Source: an uncultured Elusimicrobia bacterium (lineage in GTDB: Bacteria > Elusimicrobiota > Elusimicrobia > 2-02-FULL-39-32). Taken from it: a stretch of 64,000 nucleotides of DNA. Under the pieces are notes generated by a model. That model saw only the letters and a program-made list of their open reading frames with translations. It did not search any database and had not been told where the DNA came from. Each line of letters begins with the position of its first letter. Positions within the stretch are counted from its first letter, which is position 1. Of this stretch, positions 18,215 through 26,271 are shown piece after piece. The translations under genes and the position numbers were made by a program. The DNA lies in the NCBI GenBank assembly GCA_964523525.1, contig CAZFYO010000001.1, forward strand, positions 65,068 through 129,067, read 5' to 3'.

Positions 18215-20731
18215 ATGGCGAAAAAAGACGACGACCAGCTGAAACTGCAGATGAACCCTTCCGAACGGGTGGTGCCGCGCAACGTCGAAGACGAGATGCG
18301 CACCTCCTACATCGATTACTCGATGTCGGTCATTGTCGGCCGCGCGCTGCCTGACGTGCGCGACGGTTTGAAACCCGTTCACCGCCGCATCCTCTACGCC
18401 ATGGACGAGATGGGCTTGGCCCACAACAAACCATATAAGAAATCCGCCCGAGTGGTCGGTGACGTTCTCGGTAAATACCACCCGCACGGCGACACCGCGG
18501 TTTACGACGCGTTGGTCCGTATGATCCAGGACTTCTCGCTGCGCGCTCCGCTCGGCGACGGCCAGGGGAACTTCGGTTCCATCGACGGCGACCGTCCGGC
18601 CGCCATGCGTTACACCGAAGTGCGCCTCGCCGCCATTGCGCGCGAAATGCTCGACGATATCGAAAAGGAAACCGTCGACTTCGTCCCCAACTACGACGGC
18701 TCGCTGCAGGAACCGTCCGTCCTCCCCGCGAAACTTCCCAATTTGCTCATCAACGGCTCTTCCGGCATCGCCGTCGGCATGGCCACCAACATTCCGCCGC
18801 ACAACCTCGTCGAAGTCTGCGACGCGGTCATCGCCTATATCAACGACGAAAACATTACGGCTCCCGATCTTTTGAAGATCGTGAAGGGCCCCGATTTCCC
18901 GACGGCCGGCATCATCACCGGCAAGCAGGGCATCAAGGATTATTTTGAGACGGGACGCGGCTCGGTCCGCATCCGCGCCAAGGCCGACATCGAAGATATC
19001 CGCGGCGGCCGCCAGGCTGTCGTCGTTACGGAGCTTCCGTATCAGGTCAACAAGGCGACACTGCAGGAAACCATCGCCGAGCTCGTGCGCGATAAAAAGA
19101 TCACTGACATTTCGGATATTCGCGACGAGTCGTCCCGCGAGGGCATCCGCGTCGTCATCGAGATCAAGCGCGACGGCAACGCCAACATCGTTTTGAACCA
19201 GCTCTACAAGATGACGCAGATGGAAGTCTCCTTCGGCATCATCATGCTGGCCATCGTCGACGGCAGGCCGAAGATCCTGCCCTTCAAGGAAGTGCTCGTC
19301 CAGTACGTCAAGCACCGCCGCGAAGTCATCGTCCGGCGCACCAAGTTTGAATTAAAGAAAGCCGAAGACCGCGCCCACATCCTCGAGGGCTTGAAAATCG
19401 CCCTTGACAACCTGGACAAGATCGTCAAGCTCATCCGCGAATCGAAAGACGTGGACGTGGCCCGCGCGAAACTGATGGAAAAGTTCGGCCTCTCGCGCAT
19501 CCAGGCGCAGGCCATCCTCGACATGCGGCTCCACCAGCTCACCGGCCTCGAGCGCAAGAAGATCGAGGACGAATACCTCGAGCTCATCAAGCTCATCGCG
19601 AAATTAAAGGCCATCCTTGCCGACTCCAAGAAAGTTCTTGATATCATCGCGAACGAATTGAAGGAAATTAAGGAGAAGTACGGCGACGAGCGACGCACCA
19701 AGATCACCGCGCAGTCGGCGGAGTTCTCCATCGAAGATTTGATCGACGACGAAGAAGTGGTTGTGACCTTCTCTCACTCGGGTTACGTCAAGCGCATGCC
19801 CGTCGACACCTATAAGGCGCAGAAGCGCGGCGGCAAGGGCATCACGGGGATGACCACGAAAGAGGACGATTACGTCGAGCAGCTGTTCATCACAAACACG
19901 CACGCCTATCTGCTCCTCTTCACGAACCGCGGCCGCCTCTACTGGCTGCGGGTTTTCGAGATTCCCGACGCGGGACGCACCGCCCGCGGCAAGGCGATCG
20001 TCAATTTTGTGCAGCTGGGCACGGAAGAGAAAATCACTTCCGCCATTCCCATCGCCACCTTCGAAGAAAAGAAGGGCGAGGAAACCTATCTGTTGATGGC
20101 CACGCGCAACGGAACCATCAAGCGCGCGCTCCTTTCCGAATACGCCAACATCCGCACCAGCGGCGTCTACGCGATCACGCTCGACGAAGGCAACGTGCTC
20201 GTCGACGTGAAGCACACCGACGGCAAACAGCAGGTCATCATGGGCACCAAGGACGGCATGGCCATCCGGTTTGACGAAGAGCAGATCCGCGTCGTCGGCC
20301 GCACCGGCAAGGGCGTGCGCGGCATCAAGCTCGATGCCGGCGACCAGGTTATCGGCATGGAAGTGGCTCCGTCCAACTCCAAGGCGTCGTTGCTCACGGT
20401 CTGCGAAAACGGCCACGGCAAGCGCACCGACCTTTCCGAATACCGCGACCAAACGCGCGCCGGCAAGGGCGTCATTACGATCAAGACGTCGGAGCGCAAC
20501 GGTTCTGTCATCGGCGTCAAGCTCGTCACCAACGAGAACGACGTGATGGTCATGACCACCAAGGGCATGACGGTCCGCCTCCCGTGCAAAGATATCCGCG
20601 TGATTTCCCGCAACACCCAGGGCGTGCGGCTCGTCCGGCTTGAAGAAGGCGACAAGATCGCCGCGGTCACCCCCGTCGTCAAGGACGAGGGCGCCGACGA
20701 AGCCTCGAACGGCGAACTTCCCAAAGCATAG
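18215..20731 (+). CDS. gyrA: DNA gyrase subunit A
   Basis: Carries [32 protein letters not shown], the active-site context AAMRYTE, and a C-terminal beta-pinwheel repeat region. ATG at 18215 preferred over the upstream TTG at 18194. Confidence 0.97.
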   Translation: MAKKDDDQLKLQMNPSERVVPRNVEDEMRTSYIDYSMSVIVGRALPDVRDGLKPVHRRILYAMDEMGLAHNKPYKKSARVVGDVLGKYHPHGDTAVYDALVRMIQDFSLRAPLGDGQGNFGSIDGDRPAAMRYTEVRLAAIAREMLDDIEKETVDFVPNYDGSLQEPSVLPAKLPNLLINGSSGIAVGMATNIPPHNLVEVCDAVIAYINDENITAPDLLKIVKGPDFPTAGIITGKQGIKDYFETGRGSVRIRAKADIEDIRGGRQAVVVTELPYQVNKATLQETIAELVRDKKITDISDIRDESSREGIRVVIEIKRDGNANIVLNQLYKMTQMEVSFGIIMLAIVDGRPKILPFKEVLVQYVKHRREVIVRRTKFELKKAEDRAHILEGLKIALDNLDKIVKLIRESKDVDVARAKLMEKFGLSRIQAQAILDMRLHQLTGLERKKIEDEYLELIKLIAKLKAILADSKKVLDIIANELKEIKEKYGDERRTKITAQSAEFSIEDLIDDEEVVVTFSHSGYVKRMPVDTYKAQKRGGKGITGMTTKEDDYVEQLFITNTHAYLLLFTNRGRLYWLRVFEIPDAGRTARGKAIVNFVQLGTEEKITSAIPIATFEEKKGEETYLLMATRNGTIKRALLSEYANIRTSGVYAITLDEGNVLVDVKHTDGKQQVIMGTKDGMAIRFDEEQIRVVGRTGKGVRGIKLDAGDQVIGMEVAPSNSKASLLTVCENGHGKRTDLSEYRDQTRAGKGVITIKTSERNGSVIGVKLVTNENDVMVMTTKGMTVRLPCKDIRVISRNTQGVRLVRLEEGDKIAAVTPVVKDEGADEASNGELPKA

Positions 20732-20801
20732 GCTTAAACCCATCAGGAAAAGCTGCCCGTTGATCCGCTTCCAGTCATGAAGCCGGGGTCTTCCTGTTAT
20801 T

Positions 20802-21110
20802 ATGGACATGCACAAGGCTGAATCCGAATGGTCGAACCCGAATAATTGGAGGTTCGGCATCTATCGCTCGAAGCTCGATTTTCGGGTTATTGTCCCAAAG
20901 CAAAATAAGTATGGCGGGTGGACCATCAACTTCGGGCATCCCCGCGGACTTCTCGTTCTAATCGGCATGATCGGAATCGTCGTGGTTCCGGCGTTCCTGC
21001 TGATTCAATACGGCCGCCCAACTCCCTTCAAAATGATAGTTCTCACCTGCGCTTCCATCCTGGTTCTCATGAGCGTCTGCATATGGGAAACCAACCGGTA
21101 CAAAGAATAG
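20802..21110 (+). CDS. Small hypothetical membrane protein
   Basis: 102 aa with two hydrophobic helices (LLVLIGMIGIVVVPAFLLI and MIVLTCASILVLMSVCIW). Confidence 0.5.
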   Translation: MDMHKAESEWSNPNNWRFGIYRSKLDFRVIVPKQNKYGGWTINFGHPRGLLVLIGMIGIVVVPAFLLIQYGRPTPFKMIVLTCASILVLMSVCIWETNRYKE

Positions 21111-21124
21111 AGCGTTCCTGATCT

Positions 21125-21913
21125 ATGCGTGTTAAGTGGAGCCAGAATTTTCTGTACGATGCCAACATCGCGGGGCGGTGCGTGAAGGCGCTGGAGCTCG
21201 ACCACGCCGACGAGGCCCTGGAAATCGGCCCCGGCCGCGGCGTTTTGACCTCGAAACTGGTCCAGCAGGCGGGCAAGCTGGTCGCCGTGGAAATCGACCC
21301 TTTGCTCGCCGCAAACCTCCGGTCCAAATTTTCTTCCTGGCCTGATTTTACCGTCATCAACGACGATTTTTTGAACGTGGATTTGGAGACTCTGGGATTC
21401 ACCCGCGATAAAGTCCGGGTGATTGGAAATCTGCCCTACGCGGTCGTTTCGCCGATCATCCAGAAAGTGCTGGCCTGGCGGCGGTGGGAGCGCGCCGTCT
21501 TCATGGTTCAGCGGGAGGTCGCGGAGCGGATGCTGGCCGCGCCCGGCGGAAAAACGTATGGAATCTTGTCGATTGCCGTTCAGTCGCAATGCGTCGCCCG
21601 GAGGCTTTTTCACGTGCCGAGAGGCTGTTTCCGGCCCGCACCGAACGTGGAGTCTACGGTCATCGCTTTGAAGCCTCTGCCGGCGCCGCTGTTCGATCCC
21701 CAGCGCGAGGCGGAATTTTTTAAGGTCGTCAAAGGGGCTTTTGCTCACCGGCGGAAAACGCTGCTGAATTCGCTTGAATACGCGCTTGAGTTGCCTCAGG
21801 CCGAACTGGCCGCCGCCATCGAGGGAGCAAAATTGTCGTCGAAGGCGCGCGCTGAAACGCTGTCGATCGACGATTTCAACCGTCTGTCGCAGGTTCTGTA
21901 TGGTGGGCGCTGA
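21125..21913 (+). CDS. rsmA: 16S rRNA (adenine1518/1519-N6)-dimethyltransferase
   Basis: WSQNFLYD..., SAM motif EIGPGRGVLT, and GNLPYAV. Confidence 0.9.
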   Translation: MRVKWSQNFLYDANIAGRCVKALELDHADEALEIGPGRGVLTSKLVQQAGKLVAVEIDPLLAANLRSKFSSWPDFTVINDDFLNVDLETLGFTRDKVRVIGNLPYAVVSPIIQKVLAWRRWERAVFMVQREVAERMLAAPGGKTYGILSIAVQSQCVARRLFHVPRGCFRPAPNVESTVIALKPLPAPLFDPQREAEFFKVVKGAFAHRRKTLLNSLEYALELPQAELAAAIEGAKLSSKARAETLSIDDFNRLSQVLYGGR

Positions 21914-21914
21914 A

Positions 21915-22709
21915 ATGGGCGGCAAAAGACCTCTTTCCGGCGTTCGCGTGGTCGTCACGCGCGCGCGCGATCAGGCTTCCGGCTTCGCGAATCTTTTGCG
22001 GGGGTCCGGAGCGAAAGTCCTGGTCTGCCCGACGATAAAGATCATCCCTCCGCGCAGTTTCGCTCCGCTCGACCGCGCGATCCGCAATCTGGAAGCCTAC
22101 GATTGGCTGATTTTTACGAGCGTGAACGGCGTCGAAACGTTCGGCCGGCGCTTGAGGGCGTTAAAGCGCAAAGTTTCCGGTTTAAGAACCGGTTTGAGGA
22201 CCTGCGCGATCGGGCCGGCGACGGCGGAACGGATGCGCGCCTATAAAATTCCCGTCGGCAAAGTTTCGAAGGAATACGTCGCCGAATCCGTGCTGGACGC
22301 GCTTAAAAGCGTGAAGGGGCGGCGCATTCTGATCCCGCGCGCGGCGGTGGCGCGAGACGTGCTGCCGGTAACGCTGCGGAAGCGCGGCGCCAGAGTCGAT
22401 GTGGTCGAAGCCTATCGAACAAAGCCCGATCCGTCGGGGCTGCCGCAGCTCAAGGCTTGGCTCAAAAAGTCCGGTGTGGACTGCGTGACCTTCACTTCTT
22501 CGTCGACGGCAAAGAATTTTTTCGCGCTCCTGGGCACGCAGGGGCAAAAACTGCTGCGCGACCCGCGCATTAAAGCCGCCTCGATCGGCCCCGTCACGAC
22601 CGCGACGCTGAAAGCCGAGGGCTGGCCGCCGCGCATCGTCGCCGCGAAGCCCACGACCCGGCATCTGGCCGCCGCGATTCAACGGGCTTTTCGCAGTTGG
22701 CAGAAATAG
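21915..22709 (+). CDS. hemD: Uroporphyrinogen-III synthase
   Basis: MGGKRPLSGVRVVVTRARDQASGFANLLRGSGAKVLVCPTIKI..., with a two-lobe repeat pattern (WLIFTSVNGV and CVTFTSSSTA). ATG at 21915 sits just after the rsmA stop; the alternative ATG at 21900 would overlap it. Confidence 0.8.
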   Translation: MGGKRPLSGVRVVVTRARDQASGFANLLRGSGAKVLVCPTIKIIPPRSFAPLDRAIRNLEAYDWLIFTSVNGVETFGRRLRALKRKVSGLRTGLRTCAIGPATAERMRAYKIPVGKVSKEYVAESVLDALKSVKGRRILIPRAAVARDVLPVTLRKRGARVDVVEAYRTKPDPSGLPQLKAWLKKSGVDCVTFTSSSTAKNFFALLGTQGQKLLRDPRIKAASIGPVTTATLKAEGWPPRIVAAKPTTRHLAAAIQRAFRSWQK

Positions 22710-22741
22710 CGAGTTCGAATAACAGATAAAGGAGCAGCATC

Positions 22742-23557
22742 ATGAAACCACCCGCAACGCCCGCAAATCTCCGTCGAGTCCTGCTCGCCTGCCTCCGCGA
22801 AAGCGGCAGCATCCTCAAGAGGGGCTTCCGAACCACGTCGTTCAAGATCCACATGAAAGGCCCCGTGAATCCCGTCACGGATATCGATTTCGCCGCCGAG
22901 AAGAAGATTTTTTCGATCCTCAAAATGAACTTTCCGGACCACGGAATCCTGAGCGAAGAGTCGCCGCCCCAAAAAGGGCGGTCCGAATACCGCTGGATCA
23001 TCGACCCCCTGGATGGCACCATCAATTTTGCCCACGGCCTGCCGATGTCGTCGGTTTCCATCGGCCTGGAAAAGGGCGGGAAGATGCTGATGGGCGGCAT
23101 TTACAACCCGATGCTGGGCGAGCTCTTTTTGGGCGAGCGGGGAAAGGGCGCAACGTTGAACGGTCAAAGGATCCGCGTTTCAAAACAGACGAAGCTCATC
23201 AGCAGCCTGCTCGTGACCGGGTTCCCTTATGACCGCCAGAAGCATGGCCAATACTATCTGAAATTTGTGGGGGCGATGCTGAAGCATTGCATGGGCCTCC
23301 GCCGGCTGGGTTCGGCGGCGCTCGATCTGGCTTATGTGGCCTGCGGCCGGTTTGAAGCCTTTTGGGAGTTCAACCTCCAGCCCTGGGACGTGGCGGCCGG
23401 CATGCTGATTGTGGAAGAGGCTGGGGGAAAGGTGACCGATATGCGTGGTAATTTAATTGCTAGCGGAAAGTCGACCGAACTCCTATCGTCCAATGGGGGG
23501 GTCCATGCCCAGATTTTGGCAAAATTCCGCCCCTGGTTAAAAAAATATAATAGCTGA
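22742..23557 (+). CDS. suhB: Inositol monophosphatase family protein
   Basis: EESPP..., WIIDPLDGTINFAHGLP and WDVAAG motifs. Confidence 0.85.
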   Translation: MKPPATPANLRRVLLACLRESGSILKRGFRTTSFKIHMKGPVNPVTDIDFAAEKKIFSILKMNFPDHGILSEESPPQKGRSEYRWIIDPLDGTINFAHGLPMSSVSIGLEKGGKMLMGGIYNPMLGELFLGERGKGATLNGQRIRVSKQTKLISSLLVTGFPYDRQKHGQYYLKFVGAMLKHCMGLRRLGSAALDLAYVACGRFEAFWEFNLQPWDVAAGMLIVEEAGGKVTDMRGNLIASGKSTELLSSNGGVHAQILAKFRPWLKKYNS

Positions 23558-23558
23558 T

Positions 23559-23581
23559 AAATCATATCAAATATATGATTT
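23559..23581. repeat. AT-only 9-bp inverted repeat immediately after the suhB stop
   Basis: AAATCATAT (23559-23567), loop CAAAT, ATATGATTT (23573-23581). It could be a weak terminator or a protein-binding site. Confidence 0.4.
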
Positions 23582-23615
23582 TCCGAAAAATGTAACCCTG
23601 TGCCGGTAGGGGGGG

Positions 23616-23644
23616 TTGACAAAAGGGGGCATCCCTGTTAAAGT
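23616..23644 (+). promoter_or_regulatory. Near-consensus sigma70-type promoter
   Basis: TTGACA (23616-23621), a 17-nt spacer, then TAAAGT (23639-23644), in a region with no credible ORF. Confidence 0.5.
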
Positions 23645-23650
23645 TGCTAA

Positions 23651-23768
23651 GTCTGAAGGAACTGCAGATTCCTCCAGATAAAGTTCGGGGGCTTTCAATC
23701 TTCTTGCATTGGTTTGGCGTTTCTTCGGGAAGCCACTGAACTTGTACAGTTCGAGTGGTTTTTTTTAT
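23651..23768 (+). ncRNA. Candidate small RNA (~120 nt) bounded by a promoter and an intrinsic terminator
   Basis: Lies downstream of the promoter above. Contains a cUUCGg-type hairpin (TTTC-TTCG-GGAA, 23720-23731). Ends in the hairpin CCACTGAAC / GTTCGAGTGG (23733-23758) followed by a run of eight T, then ATTTT (23759-23770). The family is not recognised. Confidence 0.4.
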
Positions 23769-23775
23769 TTTGGAG

Positions 23776-24167
23776 GAGGAACTGAAAGCCCCGCCCCCAA
23801 AGACCCTCGAAGAAGCGAATAAGGCAGCGAAAAGCAGCGACGCTCTTTCACTGACTCGATAAAGGCAAATCCCTTCCCGCCCCAGCAGTTTGGCGGGATG
23901 GCACCTCTCGGAAATTCGTAAGGGGGGTGACGGGAAACCGTGAGACGCAAAGCCCCTGCTCAAGAAGCAGGGCCCCGGCACGAGGCCGGGGTACGGGACT
24001 AACCTCCGCAAACACGTCGCGGGGTAAGTTGGCTGGGTTGCCGAAGTACATGATCCCTCTCGCAAGAAGGGTGTCCAAGGGCGGCAGGCCCAAGGACGAC
24101 CGCTCGTACGCGATGGACTGATACCCAAGCAACCGACTCCCGTAGTTCCAGTGAGTTGGTTTTTTTA
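23776..24167 (+). ncRNA. Candidate ~390-nt structured RNA or leader upstream of the 24197 operon; possible c-di-GMP-I (GEMM-I)-like core
   Basis: No credible ORF. Has GNRA-capped hairpins (ACGG-GAAA-CCGT 23930-23941; a GCAA-capped hairpin at 24055-24071). Has GC-rich hairpins (CCCTGCT-CAAGAA-GCAGGG 23954-23972; CCCCGGC-ACGAG-GCCGGGG 23973-23991). The 11-mer GACGCAAAGCC (23944-23954) matches, as I recall it, the conserved GEMM-I core, and GCGGGGT lies at 24019-24025. Ends with a weak hairpin plus a T-run (24160-24167) 30 nt before the ATG. Confidence 0.35.
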
Positions 24168-24196
24168 TTGCTCAAGGCGACTAAAAAAGGGGAGAT

Positions 24197-24592
24197 ATGA
24201 ACAAGAAGACGAGCCATCGTTGGATTGTACTATTCGCCGCCGTCTTATCGACGGGGTTCCTTTTTGCCGTGGGGGAAACGCCCACCCTCATCGATGAGGT
24301 CGTGAACTACCCCAATCCCTTTGACAGCCGCCGCGAGGACACCACGGTTTCCTATCGCCTCATCCAGGATCTGCCGGTCCGGGTCCGGATCTACGATTTG
24401 TTCGGCTACCAGGTCCGCGAACTGTACTTCCATTCGGGCTCTATCGGCGGGCAGACCGGCATCAATACGTTCCGCTGGGACGGGACCGACAGCGCGGGCC
24501 AGAAGGTATCCAAGGGCGGCTATATCTGCATGATCACGGTGGAAGGCGACCAGCCCACCCGCTCGATCCGTAAGATAGGAGTGGTCCATTAA
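24197..24592 (+). CDS. Small secreted protein consisting of a signal peptide plus one FlgD-Ig/T9SS-CTD-like beta-sandwich
   Basis: 131 aa with a signal peptide (WIVLFAAVLSTGFLFAVG). NYPNPFDS...VRVRIYDLFGYQVREL...FRWDGTDSAGQKVSKGGYICMITVEG matches the FlgD-Ig / Por-secretion-tail pattern. Good RBS (AAAGGGGAG). Confidence 0.7.
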   Translation: MNKKTSHRWIVLFAAVLSTGFLFAVGETPTLIDEVVNYPNPFDSRREDTTVSYRLIQDLPVRVRIYDLFGYQVRELYFHSGSIGGQTGINTFRWDGTDSAGQKVSKGGYICMITVEGDQPTRSIRKIGVVH

Positions 24593-24603
24593 GTAACCGA
24601 TTT

Positions 24604-26220
24604 ATGGCGAACCTGAAACGCAGCCATCGCCGCGCGAAAGTCCAGGGCCTGATCAAGGTCCTGCACGGCGCTTTGCTGTCGACGGCGGTCCTGGCTTCCA
24701 CCGTTTTCGCCGCGGGCGATACGGGCGGCCAGGTCGCGCAGTTCATGTCCTTCGGAGCGGGCGCTCGCTCGCTCTCCATGGGCCGCGCGTTCTTCGCGGT
24801 TTCCGATGACGCTTCAAGCGTTTACTCCAACCCGGCCGGCATGACCCAGCTTGAAAAGAAGGAGATCGGCTTCATGCAGGCGACCGTGGGCCTCGATTCC
24901 CAGCTGACCACCATGAACTACGTCCACCCTTCCAAGAAGGGCTGGGTCTGGGGCATCAACATGACCCAGATGAAGACGGGCGGGTTCGAGAAAGTGACGG
25001 TTAAGAGGAACAGCGCAGGAGAAATTTCGGAGCTCAAGAAGGGGGGCGATTTTTCGGACAGCAGCACGGGCTACATCTTCGGGTTCGGTAAAAAGGTGCT
25101 GAACACCCTGGCCGTGGGCATGTCGATCAAGCAGATTTCCCGGCAGCTGGACGATTCCGCCGATTCCGTCATCACCGCGGACGCCGCGGCGCTGTCCTAT
25201 CCCATGACCGACAATGCCAACTACCGCCTGGCGTTCGGCATCCAGAACATCTTCGCGATCCAGTCCGGCGATACCGATGACAAACTCCCGCTTTTGATCA
25301 AGGTCGGCAATTCCTATAAAGGCTTGAAAGACCGGATGCTGCTGGCGTTCGATATCACGCAGAACTTTACCCGGAACGTGACGGAGTGGAACATGGGCGC
25401 GGAATACTGGGTCTGGAAATACGTGGTGCTGCGGGCCGGCGTGGAAGGCAACCCCGGTTTGCGCCAGTCGAGCTTCGGACTGGGACTCCGCGTCAAAGGC
25501 GTGAACCTGGACATCGCGCAGGGCCTCACCGATTTGGGCGTTTCGTCCCGCATGGGCGCGTCCTGGAAGTTCGGCAAGTCGGTCATCGCGAAACGCGAAG
25601 ATACCGCCCGCCGGCTGATCCAGGAAGGCATCGCGGCGTACCAGCAGGGCAACTACGTGCTGGCGCTGGACCGGTTGAACCGTTCGCTTGATCTCGACCC
25701 GACCAACAACGATATCCGCACCCTGGTGGCGCGGCTCTCCGCCGTCGTGACGACGATGCCGTCGGCCGCCGGCGACAACGAAGTGGCCGGCATCATCCGC
25801 AAATCCATCCAGGATTACCTGAAAGGCGACAACAAGTCCGCCATCAATTCTCTGCGCTACGCTTATCTCGAAAAAGACCCGACCAACGAGAAGCTGCTCC
25901 AGGTGCTGAACAAGATCGAGAAGGAAGCCCGCGAGAAGATCACCGAGCGCGCCGATCAGAAGAAGAAAGGCTTCTCCTACATCGACCAGAAACTCTACGA
26001 CGCCCTGCAATCGATTTACGACGCGAAGTACGACAAGGCCATCATCCTCCTGCAGGAAGTGCTGGATCTGGACCCGCAGAACATCGAGGCCATGAAGCGT
26101 TTGGGATCGGCATTCTTCCTGATCGAACAAAAGGCCCAGGCCAAGGAAGTCTGGTCGCGCGCCATGGAGCTGGACCCCTCGGATCAAGTTATACAACAGT
26201 ACTTGAATCAGATCCCTTAG
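24604..26220 (+). CDS. PorV-like outer-membrane beta-barrel with a C-terminal TPR extension
   Basis: 538 aa with a signal peptide. Carries the motif GAGARSLSMGRAFFAVSDDASSVYSNPAGM. The barrel ends ...RMGASWKF at about aa 325. About 200 aa of TPR-like repeats follow (GNYVLALDRLNRSLDLDPTN, KYDKAIILLQEVLDLDPQN, AQAKEVWSRAMELDPSD). Confidence 0.75.
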   Translation: MANLKRSHRRAKVQGLIKVLHGALLSTAVLASTVFAAGDTGGQVAQFMSFGAGARSLSMGRAFFAVSDDASSVYSNPAGMTQLEKKEIGFMQATVGLDSQLTTMNYVHPSKKGWVWGINMTQMKTGGFEKVTVKRNSAGEISELKKGGDFSDSSTGYIFGFGKKVLNTLAVGMSIKQISRQLDDSADSVITADAAALSYPMTDNANYRLAFGIQNIFAIQSGDTDDKLPLLIKVGNSYKGLKDRMLLAFDITQNFTRNVTEWNMGAEYWVWKYVVLRAGVEGNPGLRQSSFGLGLRVKGVNLDIAQGLTDLGVSSRMGASWKFGKSVIAKREDTARRLIQEGIAAYQQGNYVLALDRLNRSLDLDPTNNDIRTLVARLSAVVTTMPSAAGDNEVAGIIRKSIQDYLKGDNKSAINSLRYAYLEKDPTNEKLLQVLNKIEKEAREKITERADQKKKGFSYIDQKLYDALQSIYDAKYDKAIILLQEVLDLDPQNIEAMKRLGSAFFLIEQKAQAKEVWSRAMELDPSDQVIQQYLNQIP

Positions 26221-26271
26221 TCTGTTATATAGCGATCGGGGGATATACTTAAGGAAAGAAGAGGTACGACA

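Noticed and set aside
18173-20860. Minus-strand ORFs of 380 aa and 418 aa opposite gyrA. Similar shadows occur opposite the 1207-aa adhesin (48383..50719, 778 aa) and the PorV-TPR gene (24814..26472, 552 aa).
   Set aside because: They are antisense shadows of unambiguous genes. Their sequences are Asp/Gly/Arg/Val-rich with no recognisable domains.
23562-24128. 188-aa minus-strand ORF (and shorter ones) inside the 640-bp spacer.
   Set aside because: The composition is Pro/Arg/Ser/Gly-rich with no RBS. It spans hairpins with GNRA/UUCG loops and two T-run terminators on the plus strand. An RNA interpretation fits better.
23651-24167. Whether the structured RNAs are RNase P RNA, tmRNA, SRP RNA or 6S RNA.
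   Set aside because: I could not find the universally conserved P4 strings (GGAAAGUCCGG / ACAGAANCCGGCUUA) on either strand. There is no tRNA-like T-arm plus CCA end or tag ORF, and no SRP GGAA/AGCA domain IV motif. 6S cannot be excluded by eye and is left to cmscan.
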